DNA from: a bacterium | GTDB lineage: Bacteria > SAR324 > NAC60-12 | Reading direction: 5' to 3' | DNA length: 15,032 nt | Assembly (NCBI GenBank): GCA_965233585.1 | Contig: CBDDTI010000082.1 | Location: forward strand, 1 to 15,032 | In this document: piece by piece, positions 1 through 8,126 of the stretch | Numbering within the stretch: position 1 is the first letter of the stretch | How the letters are laid out: every line of letters begins with the position of its first letter | Made by a program: the position numbers and the translations under genes | Notes under the pieces: model-generated | What the model saw: only the letters and a program-made list of their open reading frames with translations | Databases searched by the model: none | Told to the model about the DNA's origin: nothing

Positions 1-1748
1 CTCCTGTATGACTTACGTGTACTCCGGTGGAATGCTGATCCCCTGAGCGCTGACCTCATGTCCCAGGTATTTGATGTGATCCTGGAACAGTTGAGCCTTT
101 TCAGGGGAGATCTGAAGCCCAGCGGCTCGGAACGCGGCCAAGACCTTGCGGAGGATCCGGAGATGACCCCAAGCATCGGCCGAATGTATGGCCGTGTCAT
201 CCAGGTAGCAAAGAACCTCAGACGAGGGGAGGTGGCGAAGGGCTTTGGCAACCAGACAGGAGTAGGTGGCGGGTGCGTTGGCCAGTCCGAAAGGCATCTT
301 GACAAACTGATACTGACCGAAAGGTGATGAGAAGGCGGTCTTCTCGCGGTCAGTACGCTTGACGGGGACAGCATGAAAAGCCCCAGCACCATCAAGGGGC
401 GAAAAGATGTGACTTCCTGACAACCGGGACAGGTTGTCGGCAATGTTCGGCAAAGGGAAGGCATCCTTCTTGGTGACGGCATTCAGTTTGCGGTAATCCA
501 CAGCCCACCGGATCTCCTTTCCGCTCTTCTTGGGTACCGGGACGAGAGGGAAGGACCAAGGGGAGTCGGCTTCTTCCACCACCTTCTGGGCCAGCCATCG
601 GTCGATCTGTTGGCGGAGAGACTCCTCCATCACGGGGTTCAGGGGACGATGTTTCATCTTAATAGGAGTCGTTCCGGGTTCTACCACGATGGCGTGGGAG
701 ATGAGATTGGTCTCTCCGTACCCCCCAATGGAGATCACATCGGTGAACTGGAGGAGAGTGCGGATCACTTCCTTCCGGAGCTGGGAGTCCCGCTGAAGAA
801 GTGGTGACGAGTCCAGGCGGAAGTGAGCCACTAACCATTTGATCTTGTCGCCCTGAGGTAGAGCATCGAACGCTTCGTGGGTGGTAGCCTCGGGCGGTGG
901 AGTTGTTTCGGGATCAACAGTGGTCGGAGCGGAGGTGACCTCTTGGACGGATCCAATGAGCATTTCTGGCGCAAGTTCCTGGTCGGTGGTCTCCAAGTTA
1001 TCAGCTAAAACGGCCAGGCTGCCGTCTGACCGAACCTCCTGTAAGATGGGGTTGTCTCCCAACAGTGAAGAAGTGGCTGGTTGGAGTAATACCAGTGAGC
1101 CGGCTGGAAGAGGTGGGTCGATACGCAAGGGAAGGATGGATCGGTCCGCTTGGGTACCTTGATGGGTGTCGAGCCCACCTTGGCAGACGACAACGGGCCA
1201 CAAGGCACATATTGTTGCCTGGGGGGCGGAGCATCAGCAACGTGGAGTGTACAGACCCCTGGAGTAGGCTGTGGAGGAGGAAGACTGGAGGTCCGGCTCG
1301 CTGGCCGCGGAGGGCACATTGGAACATCTTTCCCGCGGACCCGAAGTACCCCCTCGGAGTGGATCTGGTCGATCCCCGAGCGAGCGAGGAATGGCCCGCT
1401 CAGGTTTACGGGGTGTATCAACCCTTGAAGGATGAGGGGTCGAATACGGAACTTAGCGGGGTGTTGCCCGATCTGGAGGTCAATCCGAGGCGCTTGTCCC
1501 AAGATCTTCATTGTCTTACCGGCGGCGGCGGTGCCCACCGAAAGTTGGGGTACCGGTTCCAGTTGCGAAGGGGAGATGCCCAAGGCGGTCATCGTCTGGG
1601 GTGAGATGACGTTGGCGAACGTGTTACCGCTGTCGACAAAAGCCGCCGTGGTGAGGTGACCCAGCTGTATGGGGATGTAGGCGCTGTAATCCTGCATCCG
1701 ACTGGGCTGAAGGTGGATCTTCGCGACCTAGGCACCGGGGTTAGCCAT
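1..1748 (-). pseudogene. pol: Ty3/Gypsy LTR-retrotransposon pol (aspartic protease + reverse transcriptase), disrupted; continues beyond the left edge
   Basis: Protease motif FVDSGN in ORF 1005-1697. RT motifs SPWSFPLVPVPKK, VDYRKLN, MPFGLANAP and YLDD in ORF 13-1203. The two ORFs are joined by an apparent frameshift near ~1150. In-frame TAA at 13-15 is followed by GTC ATA CAG GAG. An upstream in-frame ATG at 1748 reads MANPGA*VAKIHLQPSRMQDY with an internal TAG. Confidence 0.9.
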
Positions 1749-1840
1749 AACTGCAATATACGATGAAGAGTGAGCGAGTGTCTTAACAGAGTGGTAGTGC
1801 AGAGGACAGTAATGGGGAACTGTTTTATTCTCAGGGGGGC

Positions 1841-1914
1841 GAGTGTTGTAGAGAAATGTACCTACATCAGGCTCTTTCGAGCTTGATGTAGGCACATTTC
1901 TTCTCAAAACACTC
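1841..1914. repeat. Imperfect inverted repeat / hairpin
   Basis: agaaatgtacctacatcaggctc (1852-1874), loop tttc, gagcttgatgtaggcacatttct (1879-1901): 23-bp arms with 2 differences. Outer gagtgtt (1841) pairs with aacactc (1908-1914). Confidence 0.85.
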
Positions 1915-2019
1915 TCAAAACACCTTAAAACAGTCTAAAACGGGCTTTTAACCATCCGTTTACGCATGAAAACCATCTTGATGCGCTCTCAAACCACCTT
2001 GATGGCATCTACATTGAGT

Positions 2020-2392
2020 CTGTTGCAGGCTCAATCGAGCCTGTTTTCGTCTGTAATCGGCCTGCAACCGGCTTGTTTTCGTCTGCAATCGGCTTGCAAC
2101 AGGCTCGATCGAGCCTGTAATCGGCCTGCAACCGGCTTGTTTTCGTCTGCAATCGGCTTGCAACAGGCTCGATCGAGCCTGTAATCGGCCTGTTGCAAGC
2201 CGATTGCAGACGAAAACAAGCCGATTACAGGCTCAATCGAGCCTGTTGCAAGCCGATTACAGGCTCAATCAAGCCTGTTGCAAGCCGATTACAGGCTCAA
2301 TCAAGCCTGTTGCAAGCCGATTACAGGCTCAATCAAGCTTGTTGCAGGCCGATTGCAGACGAAAACAAGCCGGTTACAGGCTTGTTGCAACA
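2020..2392. repeat. Palindromic tandem-repeat block (32-bp units, 64-bp period on the left) arranged as inverted arms
   Basis: Unit ccgattacaggctcaatcaagcctgttgcaag starts at 2221, 2253, 2285 and 2317 (variant at 2349). Perfect 20-bp palindrome acaggctcgatcgagcctgt at 2099-2118 and 2163-2182. Perfect 36-bp inverted repeat 2133-2168 / 2188-2223. Confidence 0.92.
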
Positions 2393-2659
2393 TCTATTTT
2401 TCTTCATTGTCAAATTGTTCTCAATTTAAAAGCACGAAGAAAGGTTCTGAGAATAAAAAATGATTTAAAATTCCGTCATTTTTCTTAAAACCCGCTCAAA
2501 TGTAATTCTTCAAACTCCATATTTTAGGAAGAAGAATTTTCAAAGTTGTTTTTGATAAGACAAAAATTTGATCGCGCGTATCAAAGTTTTCATCCAATCC
2601 TGTTAAAAATTCAACTCACAGTCGTTTTCAACAGTTTCAATTATCAAGACATCTATTTT

Positions 2660-3246
2660 CTCATAGTTTTTTGATAAATGTGAGGGGTTAAAATTTTTTA
2701 ATTATAATTTATCTCTCACATTTATTTTAAAATTGTGAGTTTTTACTACACTCAAGATAACTCCGAAGACCATCTTTATTTCTCATGCTTTTTTGACAAA
2801 TGTGTGCAGGTCTAAATTCTTTAATTAAATTTGACCTGTCACATTTGGCATTAAAATTGTGAGCTATTACTCAACTCTAAAATCCAAACACTGCTTATCA
2901 TTTCATGCTTTTTTTACTCTTGTACGGGTCTCATAATGTTTTATTATATATGACACTCGCCACAAGAGTAATTAAATTGTGAGCAATTATTTAGCAGAAA
3001 CGTTGTTAAAATCGCAGTCAACTTTCATCACATTTCATCATCAAGATCTACGTCTTACGCTTTTTTAACTTTTGTGCGCGATTTAAATCTTTAATTTCAA
3101 TATTTGAATCCACATAAAAGTTACAAAATTGTGAGCAACTACTTCACACCGAAAATGTTAACATCTAATCTTCATACTTTTTTGGCACTTGTTTAACTCC
3201 AAAATTTTTATTTATTTGGATTTGCTCAAGTACCATTAAATTGTGA
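2660..3246 (+). ncRNA. Cluster of five ~75-82-nt stem-loops, putative pri-miRNA cluster
   Basis: Hairpins at 2660-2739, 2782-2863, 2902-2983, 3054-3135 and 3172-3246. Each has a ctcat(a/g)ntttt-like 5' flank pairing with aaattgtga(g), plus a unit-specific self-complementary upper stem. G:U pairs in the lower stem favour a + strand RNA. Confidence 0.6.
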
Positions 3247-3307
3247 TTACCAACTCGTCCAAATATTTGTCAAGCACGCTTTTATTTATTAGTTGTGTCT
3301 ATGTTAA

Positions 3308-3712
3308 ATGCTGTTTCAGTCGTGCAGAATGGGTGGACAAGTCAACAACCAACCAACAACAGGATCACCGCATAATTCTGACTGGGATTCTGGTCCTGAC
3401 GAAGCTGGTATTTACAGTACTTCAGATCCAACTCACATTGTGCATTGTATGCGTCGCATTTCTGCTCATCTTCGCAGAATCAACGAGTCTTTGGAATCAT
3501 TGGACAGTGAATTGGTAAACTACAGGACCTGCTTCAAAGACAAACTTCTTGGAAAACCTAATACTTCTGGCGACTCAGGCACCAGGTTGTGGTGGTATCG
3601 TGAAATCCAAAACGAGCTAAAAGTGTTTCATTTTTATGCGTCTTTTTGCATGAAATTGTTGTGCAAAGATTTTTGTTTGGAACAACACGCGGTTGATGGA
3701 GAAGAAGTATGA
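3308..3712 (+). CDS. Hypothetical protein (134 aa; alternative start at ATG 3329)
   Basis: ATG-initiated ORF in AT-rich DNA; its stop overlaps the next start (ATGA at 3709-3712). No recognisable domain. Confidence 0.5.
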   Translation: MLFQSCRMGGQVNNQPTTGSPHNSDWDSGPDEAGIYSTSDPTHIVHCMRRISAHLRRINESLESLDSELVNYRTCFKDKLLGKPNTSGDSGTRLWWYREIQNELKVFHFYASFCMKLLCKDFCLEQHAVDGEEV

Positions 3713-4032
3713 ACAACAACATTTGGCTAAAGATGAACCCAAATACACATCAACGCTCAGAACCAAACCACCGTTTTGAAGAATTGGATCAATTTCATCA
3801 AGATTTGCCAAAATCTCCTAGCCTCGAGCGTTTTTACTCTGACCCTTGCACTGATTTATGTGCTGTGATTGGAATGATCTTTACTATTATTATCTCTATT
3901 TGTGCTTGTATATGGTTGATATCGGTATCAACTTGTAACGCTCTAAAATCGCTTGCTTTAACAAATCGTACTTTAGAACTTTCTTTAGTAAATTTTACCA
4001 ATAATTCATTGTTTTTAAATGATACGTTTTAA
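3709..4032 (+). CDS. Small single-pass membrane protein, probably glycosylated (107 aa)
   Basis: Hydrophobic stretch LCAVIGMIFTIIISICACIWLISV, then N-x-S/T sequons NRT, NFT, NNS and NDT. AATAAA follows the stop; the ORF converges on the minor capsid gene. Confidence 0.6.
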   Translation: MNNNIWLKMNPNTHQRSEPNHRFEELDQFHQDLPKSPSLERFYSDPCTDLCAVIGMIFTIIISICACIWLISVSTCNALKSLALTNRTLELSLVNFTNNSLFLNDTF

Positions 4033-4043
4033 TAGAATAAAAT

Positions 4044-5795
4044 TTAAATTGGGTTTTTAATCACAATATTTAAAATAACACTTTTTTCGTCGTCGAATTC
4101 AATTAAGTCTCCGTCTAATCTCCTTAATTCAATCTTCATGTTGTCTAAATAATCAACATTGCATTTGATATATTCTAAATGCTCAAAATGGATAGAGCAG
4201 TAGTCATTTTGTTTTGACTGACCGATTGTGGGAATAATTCTAAGTATTGGGTAAAATTTGTCTCCGACAATAGAATGCTGAACAAAATTGGCATAACAAA
4301 TCATAACACCGGGATACAGTTTGTAAATGTCTATTGGTTGTGGTGCTTGATAAACTGAGTAATTTCTTACGGCAAAAAAATGGTAGTTGTTTTGATCACT
4401 AACTCTTTGTTTTTCTTCATTGGGGTAATCGTACATTCCTAAAATCGGACAAAAGCTTTGTGGAAATCCAATTATAAAAATTTGATCAGTTTTAGCCGTA
4501 ATTCTTAAATATCCATTAACGTTTTCAAAATATACTAGTTTCTTTAATTCTTCTGTCAATAAATCATTCATTGCCGTTGTTAAATCGTTAGAGTCACAAA
4601 AATAATTTTTTGGTATATTCAATTTGTGTTCTTCCTCTATGTTTCCATCCTTAACCAGTTTTATAATTATTGGTTCATTAGCGATTGATTCTGGAATGCT
4701 GCATATGCTGTCGGGAAAAGAAATATCCATCAGGGCAATTTTCGCGTTTGGATTTAAATGCAGTGGATGTTTTAAATGCACCCAAAAGCTACTATTTGTA
4801 TTTTCGTAATCCAATTTGGCATCTACTTTCGAATCGATTCGCACGTGTCTCAATTCGTGATCCATGTTTTTTTCTTTCTCCCTCAAATGGTAATGAATTA
4901 AAGACGGTTGACCTTCGTTTAAGCTTAAAAGATTTCCAAAAGCATCTGTGAATTGAGAGTTTATCGTCTCAATATTGGTTTGCCGCACTTGATAATATCT
5001 GACCTTTTTTACATTATGGTAAAAATAATGGCCCTCCATTTGCTTAGGTAAAGTTGTTGTAAACATAATTGTGGAATAATTATCACTGTTAGGAACGTCG
5101 GAAATAATATTTGATTTTACGTGAACTAAACCGGGTTTTAAAACGGAAGTCACTTTATTTGCTATGGTTTGAAACCTAAAATTTTTTTGTAACGGATAAT
5201 ACACATATTCGTTACCAAAATATTTAATTGATTTTTCTCCAGAAAAAAACACTCTGTCTTTATAACATCTTAACTTTATAATTTTTATTAACTGTTGATG
5301 AATTAGTAAGTATCTATTATAATTGTAATTTTCATTTTCCGTCTCATTTTCGGTTTCTTTTTTAGGACCTTCTTCAATTATGTAGAATCTTTTAGTTTCA
5401 CCGTCTGATTCGAGGTCACCAACAACCATTTTCATTCCTTCCTTGTAAATAAATTGCATCAAATTTTGCATTAATCTATATACTGTCAGATCTTCTTCAT
5501 CTAAATCAGGCAAAACCCAAACAGATTTTGTCTGGTTTAAAATCTCGGTCTCTATCTCCTCTTCTGAAGAATTTATAGATGTTAATTCGTTTTTTAGCGT
5601 TATGACACCGATTTGACCTTTTGTCATGGTTAATTGGTTGTAATTATAATGTAACCCCATAGATACTATTCCAATTTCCCATTCTCTATTTTTCAAATCT
5701 AAATTTTGCGGAAATAAATTGGTAAAGGAATTTAAAGTATTTTTGACGTCCGTATTGGAACCAGCGTTTGACACGCAATAAATGTTATAATCCAT
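4044..5795 (-). CDS. Maverick minor capsid (penton-like) protein with two tandem domains, 583 aa
   Basis: N-terminal motif SN..NTLNSF..FPQNLDL..EWEIGI and C-terminal motif ICYANFVQHSIVGDKFYPILRIIP..F..LEY....IELRRLDG match the Maverick minor-capsid pattern as I recall it. Each motif appears twice. Confidence 0.8.
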   Translation of the reverse strand: MDYNIYCVSNAGSNTDVKNTLNSFTNLFPQNLDLKNREWEIGIVSMGLHYNYNQLTMTKGQIGVITLKNELTSINSSEEEIETEILNQTKSVWVLPDLDEEDLTVYRLMQNLMQFIYKEGMKMVVGDLESDGETKRFYIIEEGPKKETENETENENYNYNRYLLIHQQLIKIIKLRCYKDRVFFSGEKSIKYFGNEYVYYPLQKNFRFQTIANKVTSVLKPGLVHVKSNIISDVPNSDNYSTIMFTTTLPKQMEGHYFYHNVKKVRYYQVRQTNIETINSQFTDAFGNLLSLNEGQPSLIHYHLREKEKNMDHELRHVRIDSKVDAKLDYENTNSSFWVHLKHPLHLNPNAKIALMDISFPDSICSIPESIANEPIIIKLVKDGNIEEEHKLNIPKNYFCDSNDLTTAMNDLLTEELKKLVYFENVNGYLRITAKTDQIFIIGFPQSFCPILGMYDYPNEEKQRVSDQNNYHFFAVRNYSVYQAPQPIDIYKLYPGVMICYANFVQHSIVGDKFYPILRIIPTIGQSKQNDYCSIHFEHLEYIKCNVDYLDNMKIELRRLDGDLIEFDDEKSVILNIVIKNPI

Positions 5796-5801
5796 TCCAC
5801 G

Positions 5802-6884
5802 TTATTGTGACACATCAACTACATCTTTCTCATATGTCCAACTAGGGTTTTTATACCCTCTCCATTTCACCAAAACCATGTTTTCACCTGTTTTTTTATC
5901 TTTTTTTGTTCGTAAAACCTTTTCAATCACAAATAATTCCGGCTCAATCACGGGAGTAAGTTCACTCTCATAAAAATTTCCTTCCAGAGTTTCATCCTGT
6001 TCTAAAGTTTCCAATTCATAAGTAGGTTTAGGCAAACGAGTAAAAATTGATTTTATTTTAAAAATTTCTTCCTTAAATTGTTGTGTAAAACCTCTGTCAA
6101 ATTTTCCCTTCATTATGCTAATGCGCACGGTTTGACCAATTTTGTATTTTGGTCTTTTTCTTTTAAACTTCGAATAATGCAATTCCTGTTTTCTTCTAAT
6201 AAAATAAGTCCGACCAGGGAGCTCAGCTTCAGCGGGTGACATCCCAATCATTCGATGTTTACGATGGTTGTAAGTATGAACAAGAAAAGGTAACGCATCG
6301 ATGTACCTATCTGTATTTTCGTGAGTCATGTATTTAAACATCAGATTTTTCAAAGTTCGGTTAAATCTTTCCACAAAAGGGGCGTGCACAAAATTGTTGC
6401 TGTGTAATAGAAGAATGTTATTGTTTTTGCAGTAGGCTTGAAACAATTTATTCTTTATTTCTGCACCTTTATCAGCTAAAATTCTACGAGGAAACTTTTT
6501 TGCTCTTCTCATAATAGACTCAAACCCCTCCATAAAAGTTTTTGCTGTTTTATTTTTTAAGGGTTCTACAAACGCGAATCGTGTAAAAATATCAATAGCT
6601 GTTAAAAGGTATCTATTCCCATCATTTTCTTCGATCAAATTTCCTAAATCTATAAGATCAATTTGAAATTGATATCTCTTATGATAAGCAAATGTTGGAT
6701 TTCTAGGTTTAGGTAATTTTGGTTGTTTATGAAGTGTGTAAGAATCAGTTCCCTTTAACCATTCTTCTATTGTTGTCAAGGGAATTTTTTTTCCATAATA
6801 ATAATAAATCAACGCAGGAGATGCAAAAGCTATTGGTGAGCCTGGTCTTGCATATTCTTTTAAAAAAATCTCTTTTGTTGTCAT
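5802..6884 (-). CDS. Retroviral-like (rve) DDE integrase with C-terminal chromodomain, Maverick type
   Basis: QFQIDLID (D), YLLTAIDIFTRFA, ILADKGAEI (D), FVERFNRTLK (E), YNHRKHRMIGMSP. Chromodomain FVIEKVL...LVKWRGY..PSW. Confidence 0.96.
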   Translation of the reverse strand: MTTKEIFLKEYARPGSPIAFASPALIYYYYGKKIPLTTIEEWLKGTDSYTLHKQPKLPKPRNPTFAYHKRYQFQIDLIDLGNLIEENDGNRYLLTAIDIFTRFAFVEPLKNKTAKTFMEGFESIMRRAKKFPRRILADKGAEIKNKLFQAYCKNNNILLLHSNNFVHAPFVERFNRTLKNLMFKYMTHENTDRYIDALPFLVHTYNHRKHRMIGMSPAEAELPGRTYFIRRKQELHYSKFKRKRPKYKIGQTVRISIMKGKFDRGFTQQFKEEIFKIKSIFTRLPKPTYELETLEQDETLEGNFYESELTPVIEPELFVIEKVLRTKKDKKTGENMVLVKWRGYKNPSWTYEKDVVDVSQ

Positions 6885-6890
6885 TTCTTT

Positions 6891-7292
6891 TTAAAACAGG
6901 GGTTGTTTAGTTATTCTCCGTCTTTTTTTCCTAGATTTATCAATTGACGGGGTTTTCCTCTTTCTGCTCGAATTTTGAGCTCGATATTCGTTGTTGGTAT
7001 CTGCTTGTCTAGCAGCGTTAAGCAAAATACCGCGAGTAGCTGATTTTAAACGTTGTTTAGCTTTTCTGCCGACCGGTTGACCCTCCAAAGCCTCTAATGC
7101 AGTTTCTACCGCCGCCTTTGTCGCCTCTTTTTTCAAAGCTTTACCTGCGGATCTTATCGGTGCGCTTCTAGCCACTTTTCCAATAGTTTTTACCGCTGAT
7201 CTTGCTACCGGCATTAAACCGCGAAAGATTCCAGAAAAAAGTGATCCGATTCCCGAGCCTCGTTGCCAACGTAAGCCGCTGTGGTAATTCAT
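6891..7292 (-). CDS. Basic Maverick virion core-type protein (133 aa)
   Basis: QRGSGIGSLFSGIFRGLMP N-terminal motif typical of small Maverick proteins; K/R-rich C-terminus RKRKTPSIDKSRKKRRR. Confidence 0.8.
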   Translation of the reverse strand: MNYHSGLRWQRGSGIGSLFSGIFRGLMPVARSAVKTIGKVARSAPIRSAGKALKKEATKAAVETALEALEGQPVGRKAKQRLKSATRGILLNAARQADTNNEYRAQNSSRKRKTPSIDKSRKKRRRITKQPLF

Positions 7293-7300
7293 ATATTTTC

Positions 7301-8020
7301 TTATTGCTCTAGACTTTTAAGACATCTGTATAAAGACATAACACTGACGCCTAAAATACGAGCCGTATTTTTGACGCTCGGATATAGTGCTCTTGTTTCT
7401 TTTAAAAAGGCATAAGCACATGCTGCTAATAAAGTCCTAGGAGCAAAAGAACTATTTTCATTTTTATTTAGTTTTTCTTTTATAGTTGTCATCTCTTGAT
7501 AATTTAACTGTAGAGGCTGTAAAAAATATTCTGCCATATCTTTTGCTTTTATAGAATTTTCTGTCTTGATTGTGTTGGTCGAATCTTGTCTGTATAATTT
7601 TATCCATCTCCATACCGTTTTTGGACTAATACCAATTTCCTGGCACAAATGACTTATTGGACGGGGAATTTTTTCCTTTATTAAACTTTGATACAATGCC
7701 ATAGCAATTAAGCCTTTTGGATTAATTTTAATTTTTCCATTTTTTTGATAATGCCACGCTGCTATTTCTGTCCACAAATCAAAAATAGTTTTTGTAACAT
7801 CATTATTTAAATGTAATTTATTACATAAATTTTTTAAAATATTTTTTTCTTTCTTTAAATGTTCGCTGTTTTGTTCAAAGTCTTCATTTAAATTTTTTAT
7901 TTTTTCCCATTTTGTTTCTAAATTTGGTTCACAATATATTTTATCAATAACTAAACCACACTCAGTACACACTACGTCTCCTTGTCTGGTGTCTTCTATT
8001 ATATATTGATGAATGCACAT
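7301..8020 (-). CDS. TFIIB: TFIIB-like transcription initiation factor (Zn ribbon + two cyclin folds); probable start ATG 8020
   Basis: Zn ribbon CIH...EDTRQGDVVCTECGLVID. First cyclin repeat ends LIAMALY...KIPRPISHLCQEIGIS. Second repeat has PRTLLAACAY...VKNTARILGVS. Confidence 0.88.
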   Translation of the reverse strand: MCIHQYIIEDTRQGDVVCTECGLVIDKIYCEPNLETKWEKIKNLNEDFEQNSEHLKKEKNILKNLCNKLHLNNDVTKTIFDLWTEIAAWHYQKNGKIKINPKGLIAMALYQSLIKEKIPRPISHLCQEIGISPKTVWRWIKLYRQDSTNTIKTENSIKAKDMAEYFLQPLQLNYQEMTTIKEKLNKNENSSFAPRTLLAACAYAFLKETRALYPSVKNTARILGVSVMSLYRCLKSLEQ

Positions 8021-8126
8021 TTTAATCAAATCTAATTTTTGATCATAATTTCATTGTTTATTGAATGAAGTTCAAAATTTGACTGATTTTATAAATAAAC
8101 TGACGTAATCTTTTATTATATTGAAT

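Noticed and set aside
1140..1205. Programmed ribosomal frameshift between protease and RT
   Set aside because: No clear slippery heptamer, Gypsy frameshifts normally lie between gag and pol, and the copy carries other nonsense mutations.
58..1659. Plus-strand ORFs over the retroelement
   Set aside because: Antisense shadows of GC-rich pol with no recognisable motifs.
1733..1747. Primer-binding site TGGCTAACCCCGGTG on the minus strand
   Set aside because: I cannot match it convincingly to a tRNA 3' end, and it coincides with the probable first codons of pol.
2221..2380. CRISPR array suggested by 32-bp palindromic repeats
   Set aside because: Units are directly adjacent with no unique spacers, there are no cas genes, and the context is eukaryotic.
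1960..2488. Six short ORFs on both strands
   Set aside because: They are translations of the stop-poor palindromic repeat.
2645..3250. CRISPR-like repeat-spacer reading of the hairpin array
   Set aside because: The constant parts are short and degenerate and the variable parts are self-complementary, which fits structured hairpins rather than acquired spacers.
3243..3518. 91-aa hydrophobic ORF
   Set aside because: Non-ATG start, and it overlaps the last hairpin and the better ORF 3308-3712.
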